Of a stretch of 55,523 bases of DNA, positions 1 through 9,556 are shown in pieces. This DNA is from a virus (lineage: Duplodnaviria; Caudoviricetes): positions 1 through 55,523 of the IMG/VR virus record IMGVR_UViG_3300016474_000233; one strand, 5' to 3'. The notes below the pieces were generated by a model, which searched no databases, was not told the origin of the DNA, and worked only from the letters and a program-made list of their open reading frames with translations. How positions within the stretch are numbered: the first letter of the stretch is position 1; each line of letters starts with the position of its first letter. Position numbers and translations under genes: made by a program.

Positions 1-2019
1 CAGTTCTATCCAGCAAACGCCTTTACTGGCACTCCAACCCTCACGCTGAAGACCAACAAGCAAGTCATTGTTGGCGAGTCTTCAACAACCGCTTCTGCTG
101 GTTCATCTATTCGCCTCATAGTGACTGGCTCTGGTGGCGGCGGTGTTCAAATGACCGGAAGCACCAACCTCGGTGGCGCTGCAATGGTTCCCATTGCTGG
201 CGGTGGCGCTCAGATTTATTCGTATTCTGGCGCACAAGGCTCGGAGTCTTACACCCTGCGTGGTCAGTACAACAACTCGGGAAATTGGGCGCTGGGTTCA
301 AGCGGCCCCGGCATTGTTTCAAACATCGGCGTTGCAACCTACGGTGGCCTTTACTCTGACCGTGGCGCAACTGGCGGTGCATCTCAAACGCTGTTCACGA
401 TGTCGGCTTCCAGCGGAAGCAACTTTGGTCAGATTACCAACACTGGAACTCGTTGGGCGCTTGGTTACGGCCCTTCCGTTACGACTGCCACCGATGTTCT
501 GACATGGAATACCAGCAACCAAGTTGGTATCAATGCGGGAACGCCCAGCGCAACGCTTGAAGTCTCGGCATCGTTTGCGGATTCTGCGATTGAAGAAATT
601 GCTCGAATCTCGCGTGTTGGTGGCTCAGCCCTGTACGGTAACAACCGTGCGGCGGCGCTTGCTTTTTATGACCAAAACAATGGCACACTGACTGCCGCAA
701 TTGCGGGTATTCGATCAAGTCCTTCTGGTGACTACAACGGTGAAGTTGCGCTTTACTACAACAACACTGCCAGCGTCAACGCCACCTCCGTTAGTCAGTT
801 GACCAGAGCCGCCATCTTTGGCAGTTACGGCGCTAAATTTGGCGGTGCATCAGGTGTTAACGTGGGCGGCGGACTTGCCATTTATGCTTCAGGCACTTAC
901 AGCAATTTAACCCTTCAGGCGGGCGGTTCATCTTTTGGCTCGTTGATTGACTTCAACAGTTCTTCCAATGTGTTGCAGTACCGCATGGGTACAAACCACA
1001 ACAGCATTGGAAATGGAAACTTTGCATTCTCCTATGGCACTGGCCCGACTGGTGCGGCGTGGTCAGTATTGTCAAGCGGCACTTTTGGTGCTGGCAACAT
1101 CAACGTCACCGACCTTGATGGCACAGGCAATGTGCGTTTTGTCTCCAACACTGGAGTCAACGCCTCACCTGCAACCACTGGGAAAAATCAATATGCTGGT
1201 TTGCGTTTGCGTGGTGGTGATAACGCTGTTCTGGACATGGGCATGAACAGTGTCAACACTTGGATTCAGGCAACCGACAAGAGCGCCCTGCAAAACAATT
1301 ACTACCTGCACCTGAACCCCAACGGTGGCACGGTAACCATCAACGCGGGAACGGCATCTCCGAGCATGGCCGACGGCCTGTACTTGCAAGCCAACTCGTC
1401 AACGACTGAGGCGTTCCGAATTCAGGGGGCGGCGTCGAATGGCGTGTATCAGACCTTCTACAACGGGACCATCTCCCCGTTGCTGATTGGCTACGGTAGC
1501 ACGCTGGCTGCTGCGGCAACCATCAACGATGGCGTCATCCGCTACAACGGCTCCTACTATCTCAGATTTTCATCCGATGGAACACAGGTTGGTAGGTTTG
1601 AGCCCGGCGGTTTGTTTAATGCGCTTAACGGCTCGTATTCAGACCCCTCGCTTGCTTCAACTGCCCACTCAGGTTTCCAAATTTCTCAGAGTGGTGTTTA
1701 TAACGACAACAGCGCTCATCAGTTCAATACGTTGCAAAGCAACTCTGGCGTTATTTATGTCCGCTCGCAAGGTAACGTATCCGCACTTCCGTTCTATCCC
1801 AACGGTGGGGGTGGCATTGCCTACCAGTGGACTGTGCTGAATCCGCAGTTGGGCACTTGGGGCACTGGCTCTGGCCCGACAATCAATTTCACCGAGGCGG
1901 GCAGTTCGCCCAATAGCTACTCGGTTGTGTTTAATGGAGGCGGCGGTAGTTTTACTATTACACGCACCGGCGGGTCAAACTCCTATTACGTCTTTATTCA
2001 ACTGTTTGCTATACCTTGA
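1..2019 (+). CDS. Tail fibre / receptor-binding protein, C-terminal part (5'-truncated)
   Basis: Frame 1 is open from base 1 to TGA at 2017-2019. G/S/T/N-rich with fibre-type motifs (VGINAGTPSATLEV). Probably continues the ORF starting at 54247. Confidence 0.8.
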   Translation, partial: QFYPANAFTGTPTLTLKTNKQVIVGESSTTASAGSSIRLIVTGSGGGGVQMTGSTNLGGAAMVPIAGGGAQIYSYSGAQGSESYTLRGQYNNSGNWALGSSGPGIVSNIGVATYGGLYSDRGATGGASQTLFTMSASSGSNFGQITNTGTRWALGYGPSVTTATDVLTWNTSNQVGINAGTPSATLEVSASFADSAIEEIARISRVGGSALYGNNRAAALAFYDQNNGTLTAAIAGIRSSPSGDYNGEVALYYNNTASVNATSVSQLTRAAIFGSYGAKFGGASGVNVGGGLAIYASGTYSNLTLQAGGSSFGSLIDFNSSSNVLQYRMGTNHNSIGNGNFAFSYGTGPTGAAWSVLSSGTFGAGNINVTDLDGTGNVRFVSNTGVNASPATTGKNQYAGLRLRGGDNAVLDMGMNSVNTWIQATDKSALQNNYYLHLNPNGGTVTINAGTASPSMADGLYLQANSSTTEAFRIQGAASNGVYQTFYNGTISPLLIGYGSTLAAAATINDGVIRYNGSYYLRFSSDGTQVGRFEPGGLFNALNGSYSDPSLASTAHSGFQISQSGVYNDNSAHQFNTLQSNSGVIYVRSQGNVSALPFYPNGGGGIAYQWTVLNPQLGTWGTGSGPTINFTEAGSSPNSYSVVFNGGGGSFTITRTGGSNSYYVFIQLFAIP

Positions 2020-2031
2020 TTGGAGAAGATC

Positions 2032-2370
2032 ATGTCGGCAGTTTTCAAATATCAATTTGACGATTTCAAGGCTTATTCGACAAGCCAAGTTCAAAACATC
2101 GTCAAGAGCGTGAAGTTCACACTGATGTGCGAGCACATGGGGCAACGTCGTTCTTCTGTTCGAATGATTGAATTTGCAGACCCTGACTTCAGCAACTTCA
2201 CCGAGTTTAAGAACCTGACGCAGGATCAGATTCTTGCTTGGGTGACGGCGCACCTTGGGCAAGAAGAAATTGATGCGCTTAAGTTTGGTATGCAATCAGT
2301 CATTGAGCAGGAACTTGCGCGGTCTGATGCTCCTCCTGCTCTTGAAGACGTAAAAGCCCCGTGGTTCTGA
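2032..2370 (+). CDS. Small tail-fibre-associated protein (DUF7936-like), copy 1
   Basis: GGAG RBS before ATG 2032. Motif FTEFKNLTQDQILAWV...PWF. Directly downstream of the fibre gene. Confidence 0.65.
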   Translation: MSAVFKYQFDDFKAYSTSQVQNIVKSVKFTLMCEHMGQRRSSVRMIEFADPDFSNFTEFKNLTQDQILAWVTAHLGQEEIDALKFGMQSVIEQELARSDAPPALEDVKAPWF

Positions 2371-2381
2371 AAGGAAAAATC

Positions 2382-2714
2382 ATGTCAGCAACTTTTACTT
2401 GGTCGGTCATCTCCATGACCTCCTATCCACAGGCTGAAGGCCAAGTGGATGTCGTGTTTCAGGTCAACTGGATGTGTTCAGGCACCGAAAGTGGCGCGGG
2501 TGCATCCAACGGTGGGGTGGCTTATGTGACCTACACCGCTGGTACTCCGTACACGCCCTACGACCAATTGACGCAAGAGCAGGTGCTTGGCTGGGTGTAC
2601 GCAAGCGGCGTGGACCAAGCCGCTGTTGAGGCGTCCGTGCAGATGCAGATTGATGAGCGGCTGAACCCGCCTACAGTTAACCTGCCTTTGCCGTGGGCTG
2701 CCCCGACGGCATAA
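2382..2714 (+). CDS. Small tail-fibre-associated protein (DUF7936-like), copy 2
   Basis: AAGGA RBS. TFTWSV...YTPYDQLTQEQVLGWV...LPLPW, paralogous to the preceding ORF. Confidence 0.7.
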   Translation: MSATFTWSVISMTSYPQAEGQVDVVFQVNWMCSGTESGAGASNGGVAYVTYTAGTPYTPYDQLTQEQVLGWVYASGVDQAAVEASVQMQIDERLNPPTVNLPLPWAAPTA

Positions 2715-2767
2715 TTGAGCATGGGCAAACCGCTGGCCCCAACAGCGGCAATTACACGGAGAGTGAA

Positions 2768-2929
2768 ATGGAAAAAGTGACCCTGTCTACCCAACTGGTA
2801 AACGCCATCCTTCAGTACCTTGGGCAGCAGCCTTTTGTGCAGGTGGCCAACCTCATCAACGGCATCCAGCAAGAGGCTCAAGGCCAATTGCAGCCCGCTG
2901 CGCCTGCTGAGGAACCCAAGGCGGAGTGA
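2768..2929 (+). CDS. Small hypothetical phage protein
   Basis: GGAGAG RBS. MEKVTLSTQLVNAILQYLGQQPFVQVANLI. Confidence 0.65.
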   Translation: MEKVTLSTQLVNAILQYLGQQPFVQVANLINGIQQEAQGQLQPAAPAEEPKAE

Positions 2930-2932
2930 TGC

Positions 2933-3154
2933 ATGGAGACCCAGCAGATATTCAACGTGATTGTGGGTATCGCCGCCTTTTTTGGCGGCTGGGTCCTCAA
3001 CAACATCACCAAGGCCATTGAACGATTAGACACTGATGTTCGGTCGATGCCTCACACCTACGTCACGAAGGAGGATTACCACCGTGACGTCGATGAGATC
3101 AAGGACATCTGCAAGCAGATCTTCAACAAGCTCGACAGCAAGGCTGACAAGTGA
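2933..3154 (+). CDS. Small membrane protein, possible holin/antiholin
   Basis: N-terminal hydrophobic helix plus coiled coil, at the start of the lysis cluster. Confidence 0.55.
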   Translation: METQQIFNVIVGIAAFFGGWVLNNITKAIERLDTDVRSMPHTYVTKEDYHRDVDEIKDICKQIFNKLDSKADK

Positions 3155-3609
3155 TGGACGTGCCCAAGGTCATCAGCGCCGTTGCCGCAACTGTTGCCGC
3201 ACTTGGGGGCAGCTACACGCTTGGCGATAAGTTTGGGTGGTTTGACAAGCCCATTTTGGAATGGGCACCGGAGCACTTCAAGATTGCCCCGGCGAAGATT
3301 GGTGAGCCGGTTGTTGTGACCGTTGCTCGCATCAAAAAAAGAGACGATTGCTCTGTTGAGTCGTTTACGCCTACCGTCCGAGACGCCTCGGGCATGATGC
3401 ATGAGGCAACGCCATCGACCAGCAAGTTCACCGGCCCGGCTGGTGATCAGATTGACACCTTCACCTATCAATTGGCGGTGTCTTCCAAAGAGCAGATAGC
3501 CGAGGGCAAGGCGACTTTGACGGCGATCATCAAGTACAAGTGCCCAGAGGGCGAGCGTGTGGTGACATACCCACGGCATGAGAATTTGTCATTCATGATG
3601 GGGAAATAA
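3151..3609 (+). CDS. Hypothetical membrane-anchored protein (lysis cluster)
   Basis: N-terminal hydrophobic segment followed by a beta-rich domain with two Cys. GTGA overlap with the upstream gene. Confidence 0.55.
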   Translation: MMDVPKVISAVAATVAALGGSYTLGDKFGWFDKPILEWAPEHFKIAPAKIGEPVVVTVARIKKRDDCSVESFTPTVRDASGMMHEATPSTSKFTGPAGDQIDTFTYQLAVSSKEQIAEGKATLTAIIKYKCPEGERVVTYPRHENLSFMMGK

Positions 3610-3611
3610 CG

Positions 3612-4109
3612 ATGTTTGAAGTCCTTGGTGGCGGCATATTGGGCTCCCTGCTTGGCGGGGTTTTCAGGCTCGCCCCCGAGGTCCTTAAATGGCTCGACAA
3701 GAAGGACGAGCGCAAGCACGAGCTGTCTATGTTCGAGCGCCAGTGCGAGCTGGAAAAACAGCGCGGCGAGCAAAAGCTGGCCGAGATCGGTGCCCAGCGT
3801 GACATGGCCATCGACGTCGGCGTCATGGACGCCTTCAAAGCCGCCATAGACCAGCAAACCGAGATGGCCAAGGCCGCAGGTGGCTGGGTGGCCTCTCTGA
3901 GCGCCTCAGTCCGCCCTGTGGTGACCTACTGGATTCTGGGCACATGGACGGCCATCCACTGCTGGTACGCCTACCAAGGGTATGCATCGGGCCTTGATTC
4001 GACCGAAGTCTTCAAGCTGATGATGAGCCCCGACTTCTCGGCGCTGGTCAGCGGCACCCTGAACTACTGGTTCCTCGACCGGACCTTGGCCAAACGGGGG
4101 CTTGCATGA
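3612..4109 (+). CDS. Holin, 3TM (GTA-holin-like) family
   Basis: Hydrophobic N-terminus and WVASLSASVRPVVTY...YWFLDRTLAK motifs. Immediately upstream of the lysozyme. Confidence 0.7.
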   Translation: MFEVLGGGILGSLLGGVFRLAPEVLKWLDKKDERKHELSMFERQCELEKQRGEQKLAEIGAQRDMAIDVGVMDAFKAAIDQQTEMAKAAGGWVASLSASVRPVVTYWILGTWTAIHCWYAYQGYASGLDSTEVFKLMMSPDFSALVSGTLNYWFLDRTLAKRGLA

Positions 4110-4570
4110 ACCTGACGCTGGCTGAGGCACTGTGCAAGCGGTTTGAGGGCTTTCGCTCCAAGCCCTACCTGTGCCCGGCCGGTATCCCCACGATTGGGTA
4201 CGGCTCGACCTATTACCCGGGCGGCCGCAAGGTAACCCTCGAAGACACCCCCGTGGACGAGCCTGCGGCCCGCCAGATGCTCTTGCAGGAGCTGCTGCAT
4301 ACCTACGCCCCGGGCGTGATCCGGCAGTGCCCTGTGTTGCTTACGCTGGCCATGACGGCCAACGACTGGGGCAAGCTCAACGCTATTGTGGATTTTGCGT
4401 ACAACCTTGGGGTGGGTCGTCTTCAGACCTCGACCCTGCGGCGCAAGCTCAACGCGCAGGACTGGGAGGGGGCCAAAGAACAGTTGAAGCTGTGGACTCG
4501 TGGCGGTGGCCGCGTGCTGCCCGGCCTCGTTGCTCGGCGAGATGCCGAGGTCGCAATTATGGGGGCCTGA
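4106..4570 (+). CDS. Endolysin, GH24 phage lysozyme
   Basis: FEGFRSKPYLCPAGIPTIGYG catalytic motif, FAYNLG, GRVLPGLVARRDAE. Confidence 0.93.
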   Translation: MNLTLAEALCKRFEGFRSKPYLCPAGIPTIGYGSTYYPGGRKVTLEDTPVDEPAARQMLLQELLHTYAPGVIRQCPVLLTLAMTANDWGKLNAIVDFAYNLGVGRLQTSTLRRKLNAQDWEGAKEQLKLWTRGGGRVLPGLVARRDAEVAIMGA

Positions 4571-4571
4571 G

Positions 4572-4964
4572 ATGAGTTCAGCGATCAAGTCCAACCCGGC
4601 CAAATGGAAGCGCATCGTCTCCGAGGTCAAGGCCAGCGGCAAAGGCGGATCGCCCGGCCAATGGAGCGCCCGCAAGGCCCAGCTTGCGACCCAGAAGTAC
4701 AAGTCCTCGGGGGGAGGTTACAAAGGCCCCAAGAGCGAGGATAATTCACTCTCAAAATGGACGAAGGAGGACTGGGGCACCCGGTCTGGAAAGCCGTCTA
4801 CTCAAGGATCTGAAGCAACCGGCGAGCGATACCTGCCCAAAAAGGCACGAGAGAAGTTAACCCCTTCTGAATACGCGGCAACCACGCGAGCCAAACGAGA
4901 AGGCATGCGGCAGGGCAAGCAATACGTCCCGCAGCCTGAATCGATCAAGAAAAAGGTGTGGTGA
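4572..4964 (+). CDS. Basic conserved phage protein (DUF5872-like)
   Basis: PGQWSARKAQL...SLSKWTKEDW...GERYLPKKA motifs; Lys-rich. Confidence 0.7.
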   Translation: MSSAIKSNPAKWKRIVSEVKASGKGGSPGQWSARKAQLATQKYKSSGGGYKGPKSEDNSLSKWTKEDWGTRSGKPSTQGSEATGERYLPKKAREKLTPSEYAATTRAKREGMRQGKQYVPQPESIKKKVW

Positions 4965-5599
4965 TGACTGTTGCCGCTGTAATGACATACGACTCGCTGG
5001 TCAACGACATCCAGACCTATCTGGAGCGTACCGACACGGCCACGCTGGAGAAGATCCCGCAGTTCATCATGCTCGCCGAGCAGATCATTGCTGCGGACCT
5101 CAAGTTCCTTGGCAACCTGACCGTCGCTGAATCCACCATGGTCCAAGGCGAGAACGTGATCGCCAAGCCCGCCCGCTGGCGCAAGACGGTCTCGATGAAC
5201 GTCACCGTTGCTGGCAAGCGCAATCCGGTGCTGCTTAGGACCTACGAGTACATCCGCGAGTACTGGCCAAGCCCGACCGACGAGGACGTGCCCAAGTTCT
5301 TCTGCGACTACGACTATCAGCATTGGCTGGTCGGCCCCACGCCGGATGCAGGCTACACCTACGAGGTCCTGTACTACGAGCGCGTGCAGCCCTTGGATTC
5401 ATCGAACCAATCGAACTGGTTCACCCAGTACGCGCCGCAGGCGCTGCTGTACGGCTCCCTGCTTCAGGCCATGCCATTCCTCAAGAACGACGAACGCATG
5501 CCCATGTGGCAGGGCAACTACGACCACATCATTGAAGTCCTGAAGGCAGAGAACGTCACCCGCGTGGCTGATCGTCAGGCGATTGTGAGGGATTCATGA
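4964..5599 (+). CDS. Head-tail adaptor / tail tubular protein A-like
   Basis: TYDSLVNDIQTYLER, GPTPDAGYTYEVLYY, ALLYGSLLQAMPFLKND. Located in the tail module. Confidence 0.65.
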   Translation: MTVAAVMTYDSLVNDIQTYLERTDTATLEKIPQFIMLAEQIIAADLKFLGNLTVAESTMVQGENVIAKPARWRKTVSMNVTVAGKRNPVLLRTYEYIREYWPSPTDEDVPKFFCDYDYQHWLVGPTPDAGYTYEVLYYERVQPLDSSNQSNWFTQYAPQALLYGSLLQAMPFLKNDERMPMWQGNYDHIIEVLKAENVTRVADRQAIVRDS

Positions 5600-7092
5600 G
5601 CTTCAACAGTCCATTTACCGGGCAGGTCATTCAGCCGACCGACGTCTCCTACCGCGCCATCACACTGAACGCGGATTCGACGCTTTCATGGCCGATCAAC
5701 GGCAGCGCTACCGACAACGCCGCAGCGCGGATCATGGACGTCACGTCGCTGTCCAGCGGCTTGGCCCTGTCCGGCGTTACTGTGGCCGGTACCAACGGCC
5801 AATGCACTTGCACCACGACCCCAAGCCTCTTCGTTGGCCAAGCGGTGGTGGTGACCGGCACCAACTCCGGCACCTCGACCGGCATCACGCCGGGCAACAC
5901 CTACTACATCATCGCCACCAACGGCACAACGACCTTCACGCTGTCGGCCTCGCTTGGCGGCGCGGCTGTTGCAACGACCGCTGGATCGACGTCTGGCATG
6001 ACGTTCACGCTCGACTCGTTCTCGCTGGCCATGCCGCCCGCGAACCAGACCTCGGTTGGCATTGACGCGCTCTTCCGCAACGTCGGCTCCTACGCTTTCA
6101 CGGTGACGGACTACGACGGCGGAACCATCGTTCTGATCAACCCGGGCGAGGCCAAGTACATCTACCTGACGGAGAACAACGACACCGCAGGGGCGTGGGA
6201 GCTGATTGCCTTCGGCGTTGGCACCTCGAACGTCGATGCCTCAACCCTTGCAGGGTACGGACTCAAAGCGATTGCAAACACGCTGAACGCGGCGCACAGC
6301 GTCACGACCTTTTCGTCCAGCTACACCGCGCTGGCCACGGACCGCGCTGCGTCCTACGTCTGGACCGGCGGTTCTGGAACCCTTGCGCTGACCTCGGCCA
6401 TCACTCTGGGCAACGACTGGTTCATGCTGGTGCGCAACGGCGGCACCGGCACGCTGACCATTGCCCCGAACGCGGGCATTCAGATCAACGGCGCATCGAC
6501 CATCGCCTTGCAGCCCGCTGACTCTTGTGTGATCTGCTGCTCCGGCGCAGCCTTCTATACCGTGGGTCTGGGCCGCAGCACGCAGTTCAACTTCACGCAG
6601 CTCACCAAGGCTGTGGTGTCCGGCAGCTACACCTTGAGTTCCTCAGAAGCTGCCAACACGATTCAGAAGTACACCGGCACTCTGACCGGCAACGTGACCG
6701 TGGTGCTGCCGCAGACGGTCCAGATCTACTACATCACCAACCAAACGAACGGCGGTGGACCGGGCTACCAAATCACTTTCACAACCGGTGCAGGTGGCGC
6801 TACGGCGACCGTCCCGGCTGGTCAGCAGGTGATTCTGCTGTGCGACTCGGTCAACCTGCTCAACGCCTCGACGATTGCCGCCGGTGCTGTGAACGTCTCG
6901 CTGGTGGACGGCACGGTCGGAGCGCCGTCGCTCAACTTCGCCTCGGAGACCTCGACCGGTATCTATCGACCCGGCTCTGGCGAGTTTGGCATTGCAATCT
7001 TGGGCGTGAAGCTGTTCGGTTTGACGGCCACTGGGCTCACCATACCGGGCACCGGCACGTTTACTGGGGGTGTTCAAGGCGGGACGTTCTAA
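5596..7092 (+). CDS. Tail fibre/spike-like structural protein
   Basis: 498 aa, T/G/S-rich beta-structured sequence. C-terminal DGTVGAPSLNFASETSTGIY motif typical of fibres. Confidence 0.65.
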   Translation: MSFNSPFTGQVIQPTDVSYRAITLNADSTLSWPINGSATDNAAARIMDVTSLSSGLALSGVTVAGTNGQCTCTTTPSLFVGQAVVVTGTNSGTSTGITPGNTYYIIATNGTTTFTLSASLGGAAVATTAGSTSGMTFTLDSFSLAMPPANQTSVGIDALFRNVGSYAFTVTDYDGGTIVLINPGEAKYIYLTENNDTAGAWELIAFGVGTSNVDASTLAGYGLKAIANTLNAAHSVTTFSSSYTALATDRAASYVWTGGSGTLALTSAITLGNDWFMLVRNGGTGTLTIAPNAGIQINGASTIALQPADSCVICCSGAAFYTVGLGRSTQFNFTQLTKAVVSGSYTLSSSEAANTIQKYTGTLTGNVTVVLPQTVQIYYITNQTNGGGPGYQITFTTGAGGATATVPAGQQVILLCDSVNLLNASTIAAGAVNVSLVDGTVGAPSLNFASETSTGIYRPGSGEFGIAILGVKLFGLTATGLTIPGTGTFTGGVQGGTF

Positions 7093-9306
7093 ATGACACA
7101 GAAGGTTTTTGCCCTCGACACGCAGCCGGGTATCCAGCGCGACGGGACGATTTTCGACAAGCAGTTCTACAACGACGGCCAATGGGTGCGCTTCCAGCGC
7201 GGCAGGCCCCGTAAGATCCTCGGCTATCGAGTCATCTCCGATCAGCTCAGTGGCCCGTCTCGTGGCATTTGGGTGAACTCCCAGAACGCCTTTACGTCCA
7301 TTTTCAGCGGCTACGCTGATGGCCTGCAAGTCCTGACCATCGACAACAACGGCGTGGGTGCCGGGGTCGGTGATTTCACGCTGGCCAACTTCACCGCCTC
7401 GCCCTTCAACCTGTGGCAGTTCGACGGCTTCTACGACGTTGCTGGCACCGGCTTGCAGTCGCTGGTAGCGCATCCCGGCCAGAACCTCGCCTCGATTGAC
7501 AACGACACCAACACCCCGGTGCTGATCGGCGACATCACGGGCCTGAACATGAGTCAGGTCGGCGTGTTCACCGACAGCGTGACGACCGTTGCTTTGAGCA
7601 ACACCGTCACCCTCGCGGCCGCAAACCCGCTGATCGGCGCTGGCCAGACCATCACCGGCGCGGGCATCCCTGCCAACACCACCGTGGTGTCTGTCAGCAC
7701 GACGACCGTCACGATTTCCAACAACGCGACGGCCTCGGCCACGGTCACGGCGACCTTCAACAACAACGTCAGCGTCTCCGGCGGTCTCGTGGCACTGCAC
7801 CCGTACCTCTTCGTGTACGGCAACAACGGCCTGATCAAGAATTGCTCGGCCGGTAACGCAAACGACTGGGTCTCTGCGGACGCCAACGAGACCAACGTAG
7901 CCACCGGCAAGATCGTCCAAGGCCTACCCGTCAGGGGCGGCTCAAACGCGCCCTCTGGGCTGTTTTGGAGCCTTGACAGTCTGATCCGCGTGTCGTTTAT
8001 TGGCGGCACCGGAACGCCTCCTCAGTACTGGCGCTACGACATCATCAGCAGCCAGTCCTCGATCCTGTCCTCGCAGTCAGCCATCGAGTACGACGGCATC
8101 TACTACTGGTGCGGTGTTGACCGGTTCCTTCTCTACAACGGCGTGGTGAAGGAAATCCCGAACAACATGAACCAGAACTACTTCTTCGACAACCTGAACT
8201 ACGACCAGCGCCAGAAGGTCTGGGCGACCAAGGTGCCGAGGTACGGTGAGATCTGGTGGTTCTATCCTCGCGGCGACTCCGAAGAGTGCAACGACGCGAT
8301 CATCTACAACGTGCGCGAGAACACTTGGTACGACGCCGGACAGGCGCTGGGCGCTCGCCGCTCTGCTGGGTACTTCTCGCAGGTGTTTGCCTACCCCGTG
8401 GCCGCCAACTGGGTCACCAGTGAGGCAGAAACCGTCTTCACGGATACCTTCAACGAGGTGTCTGGCAGCGAATTCTTGTACTCCGACACCTACAACTCGC
8501 AAGTGGCGCTGGGTCAGGTCATTTCCGGCTCGAACATTCCGACCGGCACCAAGGTAGTGGCCATCACGACCAGCAACCTGAAGACCCTTGGCACCATTAC
8601 GCCGGGTTCTGGCTATGTGGACGGGGTGTACACCAATGTACCCCTCACCGGCGGGTCTGGAGCGGGCGCACAGGCCACAATTTCCGTGGTTGGGGGTGCG
8701 GTAGCCACCGTGACAATAACGGCCCGTGGGGCCGGATACGCGGTCGGCGACTCACTGAGCGCCAGCAACACCAATCTGGGCGGCACCGGGTCGGGTTTTG
8801 CTGTGCTCATATCGGCCATCTACGCGCAGGCCATCGAGATGTCCAACGCCGCGACCGGCACCGGTTCGGCCTCGCTGACGTTCTCGATTCCCGAGGGCCT
8901 GATTCAGATGTTTCAGCACGAGATCGGCGCTGACGAGATCGATGGCCAAAACGTGCGGGCCATCCGCAGCTTCTTTGAGACCAACGACCTGAGCTGGCTG
9001 CAAGGCGGCCCGTCTCAACCAGCCCCCGAAGGCATCAACAAGTGGGTCCGGCTGGAGCGCGTGGAGCCTGACTTCCTGCTCGAAGGCCCGATGGAGTTGT
9101 ACATCACCGGCCGCCCGTTCGCGCAAAGTGAAGACTCGACGACCGGACCGTACACCTTTGACGCCAACACCGGCAAGATTGACATGAAGGAGCAGCGCCG
9201 AGAGCTGCGGCTCAAGTTCGTGTCGGACGCGGCTGGTGGCAATTACCAGCTTGGTAAGGTGGTGCTCAACGCAGACTTTGGTGACACGAGGGGATATGGC
9301 TCTTAA
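7093..9306 (+). CDS. Tail nozzle / stabilisation protein (tail tubular B-like)
   Basis: 737 aa. NDGQWVRFQRGRPRKI and YGEIWWFYP...IIYNVRENTWY motifs. Precedes the internal virion genes. Confidence 0.65.
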   Translation: MTQKVFALDTQPGIQRDGTIFDKQFYNDGQWVRFQRGRPRKILGYRVISDQLSGPSRGIWVNSQNAFTSIFSGYADGLQVLTIDNNGVGAGVGDFTLANFTASPFNLWQFDGFYDVAGTGLQSLVAHPGQNLASIDNDTNTPVLIGDITGLNMSQVGVFTDSVTTVALSNTVTLAAANPLIGAGQTITGAGIPANTTVVSVSTTTVTISNNATASATVTATFNNNVSVSGGLVALHPYLFVYGNNGLIKNCSAGNANDWVSADANETNVATGKIVQGLPVRGGSNAPSGLFWSLDSLIRVSFIGGTGTPPQYWRYDIISSQSSILSSQSAIEYDGIYYWCGVDRFLLYNGVVKEIPNNMNQNYFFDNLNYDQRQKVWATKVPRYGEIWWFYPRGDSEECNDAIIYNVRENTWYDAGQALGARRSAGYFSQVFAYPVAANWVTSEAETVFTDTFNEVSGSEFLYSDTYNSQVALGQVISGSNIPTGTKVVAITTSNLKTLGTITPGSGYVDGVYTNVPLTGGSGAGAQATISVVGGAVATVTITARGAGYAVGDSLSASNTNLGGTGSGFAVLISAIYAQAIEMSNAATGTGSASLTFSIPEGLIQMFQHEIGADEIDGQNVRAIRSFFETNDLSWLQGGPSQPAPEGINKWVRLERVEPDFLLEGPMELYITGRPFAQSEDSTTGPYTFDANTGKIDMKEQRRELRLKFVSDAAGGNYQLGKVVLNADFGDTRGYGS

Positions 9307-9556
9307 TCCCGCCCTCATCTACGACCCCCGGTATCACACGTTCGAGTCGTGGGCCTCGCTCATGGTCGAGCTGTACGCCGCGCAGCAGCTTGCCATTCCC
9401 GACGCGCTCACCGATTGGAAGAAGTGGGGCGAGGGACTGGGGGCTATTGACGTTTTTGCAAACGAGGCTATACCTCGCACAGACCAGTACGACAATTGGT
9501 TCGACTGGGCTGAGGCATTGGTGGCGGCCGTTAACCCGGCGACGCAGACGACATGA
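9296..9556 (+). CDS. Hypothetical virion-module protein
   Basis: GAGGGG RBS, Trp-rich, overlaps both neighbours. Confidence 0.6.
   Translation: MALNPALIYDPRYHTFESWASLMVELYAAQQLAIPDALTDWKKWGEGLGAIDVFANEAIPRTDQYDNWFDWAEALVAAVNPATQTT

Noticed and set aside
1-2019. Diversity-generating retroelement acting on the fibre tip
   Set aside because: No reverse transcriptase and no template/variable repeat pair were seen.
2017-2034. In-frame read-through from the fibre into ORF 2032 (similarly at 7090-7095), or stop-codon recoding
   Set aside because: ORF 2032 has its own RBS and ATG, conserved genes are intact under the standard code, and no suppressor tRNA is visible.
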